Position numbers and translations under genes: made by a program
Notes under the pieces: generated by a model
The model's input: only the letters and a program-made list of their open reading frames with translations
What the model was told of the DNA's origin: nothing
Database searches by the model: none
Assembly: GCA_009711765.1 (NCBI GenBank)
Contig: VEND01000090.1
Span: 1,065 to 65,064 of the forward strand
DNA length: 64,000 nucleotides
Source of the DNA: Bacillota bacterium
GTDB taxonomy: Bacteria > Bacillota > Clostridia > Tissierellales > MES13
Reading direction: 5' to 3'
Part shown: piece after piece, positions 15,522 through 24,136 of the stretch
Position numbering within the stretch: position 1 is the first letter of the stretch
Layout of the letters: each line of letters begins with the position of its first letter

Positions 15522-16124
15522 ATGAAGAGAACTAAATTTTTAGCATTAGCATTAGTAGCAGCAATTATGGTAATGGGTGCTGGATATGCATATTGGTCAG
15601 AAACTATAACAATTAGCAATACAGTTAAAACTGGGGAATTAGATTTTACATTTAATGACGCAGCAATAGTAAGTGTTGATGAGTATATGGATTATGATGC
15701 TACTTCTACTTGTGGTGTAAATAGTGATGATAATAATCAAGTTGATATTGTATTAGAAGATATGTACCCAGGAGCAGAAGCCACAGTAAAATTTGATTTA
15801 GAAAACACAGGTACTATGAAAGCTAAACTAAAGAATTTTGCTATACCAACAGCACAAGAGAATGAATATGTTCATGTAACTTCAGTTAAATTAGGTGATG
15901 CCGAATTACTTACTGAAACTATAAATATTGCTGATTTAGACTCAACGTTAGAAGCTCAGAATATTACTATTGAACCAGATGCTGAGCAATATTTTGAGAT
16001 TACTTTCGAAATAGATCCAAATGCTGATGAAGATCAAGTAGCTGAAAATCTTGGAGATAATGATGATGCTATTGAGTTTACTTTAACTGCAGATGGACTT
16101 CAATATAACGATGATGAAAACTAA
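15522..16124 (+). CDS. BsaA/TasA-family SipW-dependent matrix or fibre subunit (acidic, 200 aa)
   Basis: Signal plus strand VMGAGYAYWSETITISNTVKTGELDF. MYPGAEATVKFDLENTGT. C-terminal AIEFTLTADGLQ. Strong RBS GGGAGAG. Confidence 0.8.
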   Translation: MKRTKFLALALVAAIMVMGAGYAYWSETITISNTVKTGELDFTFNDAAIVSVDEYMDYDATSTCGVNSDDNNQVDIVLEDMYPGAEATVKFDLENTGTMKAKLKNFAIPTAQENEYVHVTSVKLGDAELLTETINIADLDSTLEAQNITIEPDAEQYFEITFEIDPNADEDQVAENLGDNDDAIEFTLTADGLQYNDDEN

Positions 16125-16135
16125 GATTATTAAAA

Positions 16136-16163
16136 TTTATGCAGGGTAAGAACCCTGCATAAA
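16136..16163 (+). terminator. Hairpin after subunit gene 1
   Basis: ATGCAGGG-taagaa-CCCTGCAT. The trailing T-run is weak. Confidence 0.5.
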
Positions 16164-16259
16164 TTATCTTTAAAAATTCATTTAAAATAAAGTAATTATT
16201 GTTATGATAGTTTGAGAAAAATTATATTAGAAACACATTAAAAAATGAGGGGTGTTTTC

Positions 16260-16922
16260 ATGAAAAAATCAAGAGTGCTGGCCCTAACTTTAGTAGTTGC
16301 GGTTGTGTTAATGGGAGCTGGATATGCATATTGGAGTGAAACTTTAACAATTAATAATACAGTAAAAACAGGTGAATTGGATTTACAATTTGACTATCCT
16401 ACTTATGATGGTGACTATGATGATAAATATCCATATTCAGATGATTATATGAAAGTTGATTCTTATTTTGAAGATGAGAAACATAAATTAGTTTTTGAGT
16501 TAGAAGATGTTTATCCAGGTGGCGGCGGTTGGTTAAATTTTAAAATTAAAAATACGGGAACTGTACCAGCTAAGCTTACAAGTATAACTCCTTCAATCCT
16601 TTCAGATGAAGCTAATATGAAAGATGAATTTAATTATGCACTTCATTCAATAAAATTATATTATCCTATAAAGATTGGACAATGGGAATGGACATATGTA
16701 ATACCTGTAGATTTTCCTATGTATGCTACTACATTTAATGATTTTGTAGGAAAATTACAATCAAAACTTAGTCAATATACTTTAGAACCAGGTGCATACT
16801 TTGTAATAAATGCTGAAAGTGGAGGTTATGATATACAATTACCAAGTACAGTAACAAGTGATGACTTTGAAGATGAAACGTTCAAATTTGATTTATTATT
16901 AAACTTTGATCAAGCGCATTAA
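16260..16922 (+). CDS. BsaA/TasA-family SipW-dependent matrix or fibre subunit (paralog, ~220 aa)
   Basis: ATG 16260 after GAGGGGTG. LMGAGYAYWSETLTINNTVKTGELDLQF. VYPGGGGWLNFKIKNTGT. C-terminal TFKFDLLLNFDQA. Confidence 0.8.
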   Translation: MKKSRVLALTLVVAVVLMGAGYAYWSETLTINNTVKTGELDLQFDYPTYDGDYDDKYPYSDDYMKVDSYFEDEKHKLVFELEDVYPGGGGWLNFKIKNTGTVPAKLTSITPSILSDEANMKDEFNYALHSIKLYYPIKIGQWEWTYVIPVDFPMYATTFNDFVGKLQSKLSQYTLEPGAYFVINAESGGYDIQLPSTVTSDDFEDETFKFDLLLNFDQAH

Positions 16923-16962
16923 TACTAAAAAAGCTAGGAATATAGTCCTAGCTTTTTTAGTA
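16923..16962 (+). terminator. Rho-independent terminator after subunit gene 2
   Basis: TACTAAAAAAGCTAGGA / TCCTAGCTTTTTTAGTA 17-bp stem including a T-run. Confidence 0.85.
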
Positions 16963-17039
16963 TTAATGTACTATTCTAAAAAGGTAATTCATAAATTATG
17001 TAGAATATGTAATTAATACAAATTGGTGGGAGTGATGTC

Positions 17040-18146
17040 ATGAAGTTTAATATAAATAAGAACATCAGAAAAATTATAATGATAGCTAGTATAATTCTGA
17101 TTATGATTACCTCTTTTTTCTTATATCGTGAGTATAAAATTAAAGAATATGAAGAAAAGAAAATAAGTTTATATAGTTATAATAATAAATCTATTATTAA
17201 TTACGAAGTTTTTCTTAAACCTAATGTTTTGTATGAGACCGAAAGTATAGGAGAAAGGCACATATATATTACAGAGTTTGTTGATTATCTTAATACGATA
17301 TTTACTTATGATTTTAAAGGGGAAAAAGAAGCAGAAATTAAAGGAAATTATGAAATTGTAGCTGTAGTTGAAGGATATACAGGCGAAGGTGAAACATATA
17401 AAAGTATATGGAAGAAGGCTTTTACTTTAGTATCTAAAAAGAAATTCAATGTTAAAGATAAAAAGGTTTCTATAAATCAAGAAGTTCCAATAAAATTTCA
17501 TGAATATAATAATTTCGCTAAAAAGGTTATTGAAGACTCAAAAATTTATTCTAGTGTTAAATTAAATGTGTTTATGGATGTTAATCTAAAAGCTAATACT
17601 GACAAAGGACTGATAGAAGAAAAAATAACACCTGCTATAGAGATACCTCTTAATACAAATTATTTTGAAATTGCTGGAGAGCTATCTCAAGATAAAGAAG
17701 GAAGTATAGAAAAAACAGTTAAGGTTGAATTGCCTGTGGATAGAAAAAAAGTTATTTCATATTGTGTACTTATAGGTATATTTTTAATAGTATTATTATT
17801 TGTATTGATATTTACTAAAGGGATTTTAGATATAAATCCTTTAGAAAAGAAATTGAAAAAAATATTTAAAAGCCATGGAGATAGATTAGTAGCATTAAAG
17901 GATGAAGTTATATATGATTATGAAAAAATAAATACTGTAAATTCTATAGATGATTTAGTAAGAATTTCTGATGAGATAGGGAAACCTATAATGTATAAGT
18001 ATAGTGAAAATCTTTTAGATATAACTAAATTTTATGTTTATGATGAGACTACTATATATGTTTTAAATTTAGATAAACTTATAGGAAAAAATGAAGTAGA
18101 GGAAACTGTAAAAAATATGATTTCAAATGATAGTGCTGATAGTTAG
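17040..18146 (+). CDS. Bitopic membrane protein of unknown function (possibly DUF5305-like)
   Basis: TM1 at about aa 12-28, a ~210-aa beta-rich outside domain, TM2 at about aa 240-258, and a ~110-aa cytoplasmic tail. The family assignment is from memory only. Confidence 0.6.
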   Translation: MKFNINKNIRKIIMIASIILIMITSFFLYREYKIKEYEEKKISLYSYNNKSIINYEVFLKPNVLYETESIGERHIYITEFVDYLNTIFTYDFKGEKEAEIKGNYEIVAVVEGYTGEGETYKSIWKKAFTLVSKKKFNVKDKKVSINQEVPIKFHEYNNFAKKVIEDSKIYSSVKLNVFMDVNLKANTDKGLIEEKITPAIEIPLNTNYFEIAGELSQDKEGSIEKTVKVELPVDRKKVISYCVLIGIFLIVLLFVLIFTKGILDINPLEKKLKKIFKSHGDRLVALKDEVIYDYEKINTVNSIDDLVRISDEIGKPIMYKYSENLLDITKFYVYDETTIYVLNLDKLIGKNEVEETVKNMISNDSADS

Positions 18147-18308
18147 TTGATAAAAACTACTCAAAAGTAGTATAAGAAATTAATCTAAAGTATTATATAA
18201 AAATATAAAATATTAAATAAGATAATAGTAAGTATTTAAAAAAATATACATATGCAAAGGATAAGTAATTTAAGTTTTAAGAGTATTGAAATCATAGAGG
18301 TGAATTTT

Positions 18309-19448
18309 ATGTGTAAATCGTTTAAGTATTTTAAATACATAACTATATCCCTAGTAATGCTTTGTCTTATTTTTACTAGTTCTTTATCCTATGCATATGA
18401 CACACCAGTTACTGAAGTAACCATAGGTAGTAATAATGAAAACATAGATCCTATTTTTAAAAGTGATGGTTTAAATGGACAAGGAACATGGTATCCTGGA
18501 TATTCATCAAGTGGAATTTTAAGGCTTAAAAATGGACGTAATAAAAGTATTAAGATAAAAAATATAGGTATGGATGCTTCATTAGAGAAAAATGGGACCA
18601 CCCTTGATTTTGAAAATGAATCTGCAATGGCTTATATGAGTAAAATGAAAATAAAAGTTCAGTATAAAAGTCTATTTAGTAAAATAATTAAGGGTACTAT
18701 TTATGATGGTAGTTTTTATGAGTTTATAAATGGTGTAAATACTTCTATAAAAATAGGTAAAGATGATACGGTTGATTTAGTATATACAATTAAAATGGAT
18801 GAAAGTGCAGGAAATAATACTGAAGGTATTAAAGGGAATATAGATTTTACTGTAAGTCTTAAAGAAAATACTTCTAATACTAATACTAATACCGATACAG
18901 GAGGTACTACTAGAAAGAAAAAGCCTGTTAAACATTGGGCCCATGATTGTATAGAAACCCTTTTAGAAAAGGGTATAATTAAAGGGTATCCCGATGGAAC
19001 GATAAGACCAGATAATCATATAACAAGGGCAGAAGCATCAGCTTTAGTATGTAGGGCACTTAAATTAGAAGTAAAAAAACAGTGGCTTCCTAAGTATTTA
19101 GATATTAGTGGGCATTGGGCTCAAGGCTATATAACATCTACAACGAATGAAAAGGTATTTAAAGGATATCCTGGATTTGTATTTAGACCAGAGAGAAATA
19201 TTATAAGAGAAGAGATGTCTGCAGTTTTATTTAGGGCATTTGATAGAGAACTTCAAAAAGATTTAGAGTTAGAGTTTACAGATAATGATAAAATATCTGA
19301 TTGGGCTAAGAGTCATGTAAAGATAGGTGTGGAACATAAAATTATAGTAGGTTATCCAGATAATACATTTAAACCAAGAAATGATATAACAAGAGCAGAA
19401 GCCTTTACTATGATATGTAAGTTATTAGGATATCACAGTGAACATTAA
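18309..19448 (+). CDS. TasA-like N-terminal domain fused to three SLH repeats (paralog of 8102..9229)
   Basis: ATG 18309 after AGAGGTG. Signal peptide ends SLSYA-YD. PIFKSDGLNGQGTWYPGYSSSG...MDESAGNNTEGIKGNIDFTVSLK. SLH repeats: HWAHDCIETLLEKGIIKGYPDGT...ITRAEA. Confidence 0.8.
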   Translation: MCKSFKYFKYITISLVMLCLIFTSSLSYAYDTPVTEVTIGSNNENIDPIFKSDGLNGQGTWYPGYSSSGILRLKNGRNKSIKIKNIGMDASLEKNGTTLDFENESAMAYMSKMKIKVQYKSLFSKIIKGTIYDGSFYEFINGVNTSIKIGKDDTVDLVYTIKMDESAGNNTEGIKGNIDFTVSLKENTSNTNTNTDTGGTTRKKKPVKHWAHDCIETLLEKGIIKGYPDGTIRPDNHITRAEASALVCRALKLEVKKQWLPKYLDISGHWAQGYITSTTNEKVFKGYPGFVFRPERNIIREEMSAVLFRAFDRELQKDLELEFTDNDKISDWAKSHVKIGVEHKIIVGYPDNTFKPRNDITRAEAFTMICKLLGYHSEH

Positions 19449-19482
19449 ATTAGCGGCCAAGTACTTGGCCGCTAATTTAATG
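19443..19482. terminator. Bidirectional terminator between SLH gene and NhaC-family gene
   Basis: Perfect long palindrome CATTAAATTAGCGGCCAAGTACTTGGCCGCTAATTTAATG. Confidence 0.85.
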
Positions 19483-19483
19483 T

Positions 19484-21037
19484 TTAGTTTTCTACACTTA
19501 ATTTTTCTTCTTTACTAACTTTTTTTCCAAATACTTTTAAGAAAGTAAATAGTATTATAATACCTATTACTAGGGATATCCATGGATTAAATCCAAAACC
19601 TACAGGGATAAATCCTACTAAAATAGATACTAAACCAACAGTTAAAGCATAAGGCATTTGAGTTTTAACATGGGCTATATGATCACAGGCACTGGCCATA
19701 GAAGACATTATAGTTGTATCAGATATAGGAGAACAGTGATCTCCTAAAACTGCACCGGTTAAAACTGAACCTATTGTTGGTACTAATATATCTATACCAC
19801 CTAGTTTAAATGCAAGGGGAATAGCAAGTGGCATTACTATGGAATTAGCTCCCCATGATGAACCTGTTGAAAATGCAACTATAGCTGGTAGTAAAAACAT
19901 TATTAAAGGAAGTAAAAAGGTAGGTAAAGAACCCTTTGTTATACTTACTATAAATTCAGCTGTACCTAAATCACCATTCACATTTCCTAAAGACCAAGCA
20001 AGTACTAATATTAATGATGCAGTAGTCATTGATTTAATACCTGAAGTCCAAGATTCCATTATCTCTTTTATACTTAAAATTCTTTGGGATAGACTTAATA
20101 ACGCAGCTATTATAGTTCCACCAAAGGATGACCATAATAAAACTATACTAGCATCAGCTTCGCCAAAGGCATCCTTTATAGAAGCACCTTCAAGGCCTCC
20201 ACCATTTATATAAAGACCTATTATTGTAATAATTATTACAGAAGCAATCGGAATAATAGCATTATACCAACGTTCCTTATCAGTGTTTGATTCCATTTCA
20301 TCTAATTCACTTGAAACAGTAGGTTTAGCATCATCATCCATTAATTTGCCTGTTAAATAAGTTCTTTTTTCTGCTTTATACATAGGTCCAAAATCTTTCT
20401 TTGTAAGTATTATCATTAATACAAAGACTAAAGCAAGTAAACTATAAAATCTATAGGGAATAGATTGCATAAATATAGAGTAGGCATTTAAATCAAGATC
20501 TATACCTGCTAAACCATCCTTAATAAGTCCTGTTTCAAAGCCAACCCATGTTGATATAAAAGCTATACTTGAAACAGGGGCAGCTGTTGAATCTATTATA
20601 TAAGAAAGTTTCTCTCTAGATATTTTCATTTTATCTGTTATGCTCCTCATAGTATTACCAACTATTAAAGAGTTTGCATAGTCATCGAAAAATATTAATA
20701 TACCCATAAGATATGTTGTAATTAGTGTTGATTTAGAACTTTTTGCTTTTTTAACGATTATATTAGCAATACCATTAGTTCCTCCATTTTTACTTAGTAT
20801 ACCTATTAATCCTCCTATTGATAAACAGAAAATAAGTATAGATACATTCCATGAATCTGTTAGTGCACCTACTATATAATCATTTAATGTAGCTGTAAAA
20901 CCTATAAGGGGGTCACCATTAACTATGGTTGCTCCTACTAATACTGCGACAAATATTGATAATAAAACTTCTTGAGTAATAAATGATAAAATAATTGCTA
21001 TCATTGGTGGTATGATTGATAACCATCCATAATCCAT
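19484..21037 (-). CDS. NhaC-family transporter, candidate lysine transporter (LysW-type) based on L-box leader
   Basis: 517-aa polytopic protein with NhaC-like repeats. It lies directly downstream of a lysine riboswitch on the same strand. Confidence 0.75.
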   Translation of the reverse strand: MDYGWLSIIPPMIAIILSFITQEVLLSIFVAVLVGATIVNGDPLIGFTATLNDYIVGALTDSWNVSILIFCLSIGGLIGILSKNGGTNGIANIIVKKAKSSKSTLITTYLMGILIFFDDYANSLIVGNTMRSITDKMKISREKLSYIIDSTAAPVSSIAFISTWVGFETGLIKDGLAGIDLDLNAYSIFMQSIPYRFYSLLALVFVLMIILTKKDFGPMYKAEKRTYLTGKLMDDDAKPTVSSELDEMESNTDKERWYNAIIPIASVIIITIIGLYINGGGLEGASIKDAFGEADASIVLLWSSFGGTIIAALLSLSQRILSIKEIMESWTSGIKSMTTASLILVLAWSLGNVNGDLGTAEFIVSITKGSLPTFLLPLIMFLLPAIVAFSTGSSWGANSIVMPLAIPLAFKLGGIDILVPTIGSVLTGAVLGDHCSPISDTTIMSSMASACDHIAHVKTQMPYALTVGLVSILVGFIPVGFGFNPWISLVIGIIILFTFLKVFGKKVSKEEKLSVEN

Positions 21038-21068
21038 AATAAAAATCCTCCTTTAAATTTTTTTGCAA

Positions 21069-21330
21069 TAAAAAAACACCTAACAGGTTGTCAGGTGTAA
21101 ATAACTTTGACTAACCTATCCCTTCTTTTATAACCCAATGTGAGATAGCACTCCAATAAGATAACGGGTATTTATCCTATTGACAGTCCTACATTTATTA
21201 AATGCAGACCCAGCTTTAGATTTTGGTATCTAAGGCTTCGGCAATGGCTCCTTTTGTTATACTTCATAGGCTTCCAACCTTCATATAACTACTTTTAGAC
21301 ATTGCACCTCTACCCCATCTTGAAGAGATG
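21069..21330 (-). promoter_or_regulatory. Lysine riboswitch (L-box) with intrinsic terminator
   Basis: Minus-strand RNA contains GGUAGAGGUGCAAU, GGAGCCAUUGCCGAAGCC, GCUGGGUCUGCAUUUAAUAAAUGUAGGACUGUCA and UUGGAGUGCUAUCUC. These match the B. subtilis lysC leader blocks. Terminator is ACACCTGACAACCTGTTAGGTGT plus T7 (21069..21099). Confidence 0.88.
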
Positions 21331-21567
21331 AGGTAATCTATTCATTTGTATCTTTTAATACTTTAACATAATAAAAATTTTAAGTCAAATAATTTGTTCT
21401 AAATTATTTTTTTTAGGAATATGTATATTATATGGCTTATAAATTGTTAAGATTTATATAAAAATTATTTTTTTGGACATTTTATAAACTTAAGTTGCAT
21501 AGGTATATATTAATAGATAAATAGCCTGTCATAGGAAGCTTTAAAAAAATTTAAGGAGGGAGTTATT

Positions 21568-23139
21568 ATGTCAGTTGAGTTAATTAAAGACTTACTTAAG
21601 ATAGACCAAACCATAGGCAAAGATCAAATCCAAGCCTTGGTGGAAGGGGAAATAACGGTACCAGATTCTAAGCCTAAGATAAATAAAGTATTAAATATAG
21701 ATGGGTCTGCAGAAGTTTTAGAAAAAAGAATAGTTAAGGATAAAGTCGTAGTAAGTGGTATTGTTAATTTCAAAGTATTATATAGTGCAAAGGATGATAA
21801 TCAGCCAATACATAGTCTAGATTCAAAAGCAGATTTCAGTGAAGAGATAGAAATAAAAGGTGTTACAGACCAAATGATGGGTGATGTTAAGGCAGATATA
21901 GAACATATCGATTATTCAATGACAGATGAAGATAAAATAGGTGTTAAAACTGTATTATCTATTGAGGGTAAAGTTCAAGCTGAAGACAATATAGATATAG
22001 TAAAAGAAATTCAAGGAACTAAGGGTTTACAGGTTAAAAAGGAAAAAATAAAGTATAATAATACAGTTGGTTTTAATAATACAACAACTATAGTAAATGA
22101 AGCCTTTGAATTAGAAGAAGAAATGCCAGATATAATAGATATATTAAGGGTAGATTCTAAGGCTTTTGAAAGGGAAACTAAAATAGTTGATGATAAAGCC
22201 ATTGTAGCCGGGACAGTTGAGGTTTCTATAATGTATTTTGGAGATGATAGTGAAAATAGAATTAATCAATTTACTAGAGAAATACCCTTTACCCATTTTG
22301 TAGAAATACCAGGAGCTTTAAAGGATATGGATTATATAACAGAGATTAAAGCTACTGATCCGGTATATAATACAAGGGATGATATTAATGGTAATGTAAG
22401 GGTTATGGACTTTGAAGCAATAGTTAAAATAAATGCTAAAGTATTTGAACAAAGAGAAAAGGAAGTTACAGTTGATACTTATTCAACTAATAAAAAATTT
22501 GATATTACTAAAAAAGAAATTGATGTAACTGAAAATATAGGAACTTTAACAAAAAAAGAAGATGTTAAAGGAGTTATTGATGTTTCTGAGGCTAATGAAA
22601 TAATACAAAATATATATAATGTTAATGCTAAACCAATACTAACAGATTATAGAATAATAGAAGGAAAAGTTGTTATAGAAGGTTTAGTAAATACAAATAT
22701 GTTATATTTAGAAGAAGAAAGTGAAGAAATAAAAGATATATCAAAGGAAATTCCTTTTAAAGTATATGCAGATATAGATAATGTTAAAGAGGGAATGGAA
22801 AGTGAAGTTAATGTATCATTAGATAATCTTAAATTTAATAAGAAAAATTCAAGGGAAGTAGAAGTTGATATATCAGTTAAAAATAATATATCAGTTAATA
22901 GAACTAAAAAAATTAATATAATAACAGAAGCATTAGAACTTGAAGAAGATATAGATAAAAGAAATAGACCAAGTATCACAATATATATAGCCCAGGAAAA
23001 TGATACTTTATGGGATATAGCTAAAAGATTTAATACAACAGTAGAAGAGTTAATAAGTACAAATGAAATAATGACTCCTAATAACATTATGCCTGGTGAA
23101 AAAATAATTATTGAAAAGCATTTAGATATGGATTTTTAA
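21568..23139 (+). CDS. DUF3794-repeat protein with C-terminal LysM domain; SipL/SpoVID-like spore coat morphogenetic candidate
   Basis: 523 aa. C-terminal LysM is ITIYIAQENDTLWDIAKRFNTTVEELISTNEI...PGEKIII. It sits immediately upstream of ispE, as I recall for C. difficile sipL. Confidence 0.6.
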   Translation: MSVELIKDLLKIDQTIGKDQIQALVEGEITVPDSKPKINKVLNIDGSAEVLEKRIVKDKVVVSGIVNFKVLYSAKDDNQPIHSLDSKADFSEEIEIKGVTDQMMGDVKADIEHIDYSMTDEDKIGVKTVLSIEGKVQAEDNIDIVKEIQGTKGLQVKKEKIKYNNTVGFNNTTTIVNEAFELEEEMPDIIDILRVDSKAFERETKIVDDKAIVAGTVEVSIMYFGDDSENRINQFTREIPFTHFVEIPGALKDMDYITEIKATDPVYNTRDDINGNVRVMDFEAIVKINAKVFEQREKEVTVDTYSTNKKFDITKKEIDVTENIGTLTKKEDVKGVIDVSEANEIIQNIYNVNAKPILTDYRIIEGKVVIEGLVNTNMLYLEEESEEIKDISKEIPFKVYADIDNVKEGMESEVNVSLDNLKFNKKNSREVEVDISVKNNISVNRTKKINIITEALELEEDIDKRNRPSITIYIAQENDTLWDIAKRFNTTVEELISTNEIMTPNNIMPGEKIIIEKHLDMDF

Positions 23140-23142
23140 TTT

Positions 23143-23178
23143 TAAACCCCTAAGAAAATTTCTTAGGGGTTTGTTATT
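23143..23178 (+). terminator. Rho-independent terminator
   Basis: AAACCCCTAAGAAA / TTTCTTAGGGGTTT stem followed by T-rich sequence. Confidence 0.8.
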
Positions 23179-23269
23179 GGAAAGAATCCTAAATTATTGT
23201 TATAATATATACAAAGGTAATATTGTTTAATGTATGCAGTATAGAATATATAGTATAGGAGTGAAAAAT

Positions 23270-24121
23270 TTGAGAGAAATCGTTTTAGATGCTTACGCTA
23301 AAATAAATCTTGCATTGGATGTAATAGGAAAAAGAAATGATGGTTACCACGAACTAAGAATGATTATGCAGCAAGTTAATCTTAAAGATAAAATAACTAT
23401 TAAAGAAAGAAAAAAAGATATAGTTATTAAATGTGATAATCCATTAGTCCCTACCGATGAAAGTAATCTTGTTTATAAAGCATATGAAATATTAAAAAAT
23501 AAATTTAATATAGATAAAGGCATCTATATAGAAATTGAAAAAAACATACCTGTAGCAGCTGGATTAGCAGGGGGAAGTTCTAATGCAGCAGCTGTATTAA
23601 AGGGATTAAATAAGATTTGGAATTTAAATTTAACTGATAAAGAATTAATGGATATAGCAGTTAATATAGGAGCGGATGTTCCCTATTGTATTATGGGTAA
23701 AACAGCCCTAGCAGAAGGTATAGGAGAAAGGCTAACTAAATTACCTAGCTTTTCTGATAAGCTTATTTTATTAACAAAACCTAATATTGAAGTTTCTACT
23801 GCATATGTATATAAAAACTTAAACTTTAAAGAAATTGATAAAAGACCTGATGTTTTTAGTATTATAGAAGCTATGAATAATAATGATCTTAATTTTGTTG
23901 CTAATAATATGATAAATGTTTTAGAGAATGTAACTACAAAGGAATATAGTATAATTAATGAAATAAAACAGACTATGGTTAAATATAATGCATTAGGGAG
24001 TTTAATGAGTGGCAGTGGCCCTACTGTTTTTGGTATTTTTGATAATGAAAAAGATATAAAAGAATGTAGAGATAAATTAAAAGAAAAATTTAAAGAGGTT
24101 TTCATAGCCAAAACCCTTTAA
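23270..24121 (+). CDS. ispE: 4-diphosphocytidyl-2-C-methyl-D-erythritol kinase
   Basis: The ORF is open from 23234. The likely start is TTG 23270, 9 nt after GGAG. AYAKINLALDV, GHMP-kinase motif PVAAGLAGGSSNAAAVL, and MSGSGPTVFG. Confidence 0.9.
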   Translation: MREIVLDAYAKINLALDVIGKRNDGYHELRMIMQQVNLKDKITIKERKKDIVIKCDNPLVPTDESNLVYKAYEILKNKFNIDKGIYIEIEKNIPVAAGLAGGSSNAAAVLKGLNKIWNLNLTDKELMDIAVNIGADVPYCIMGKTALAEGIGERLTKLPSFSDKLILLTKPNIEVSTAYVYKNLNFKEIDKRPDVFSIIEAMNNNDLNFVANNMINVLENVTTKEYSIINEIKQTMVKYNALGSLMSGSGPTVFGIFDNEKDIKECRDKLKEKFKEVFIAKTL

Positions 24122-24136
24122 AAAGGAGGCGTTTAA

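Noticed and set aside
5747-19482. The island considered as a mobile genetic element (ICE, prophage or transposon).
   Set aside because: No integrase, transposase, recombinase, tRNA attachment site or terminal inverted repeats are visible. The only repeat is the internal regulatory duplication. Codon and AT usage look the same as the flanks by eye. Horizontal origin cannot be excluded, but mobility is unsupported.
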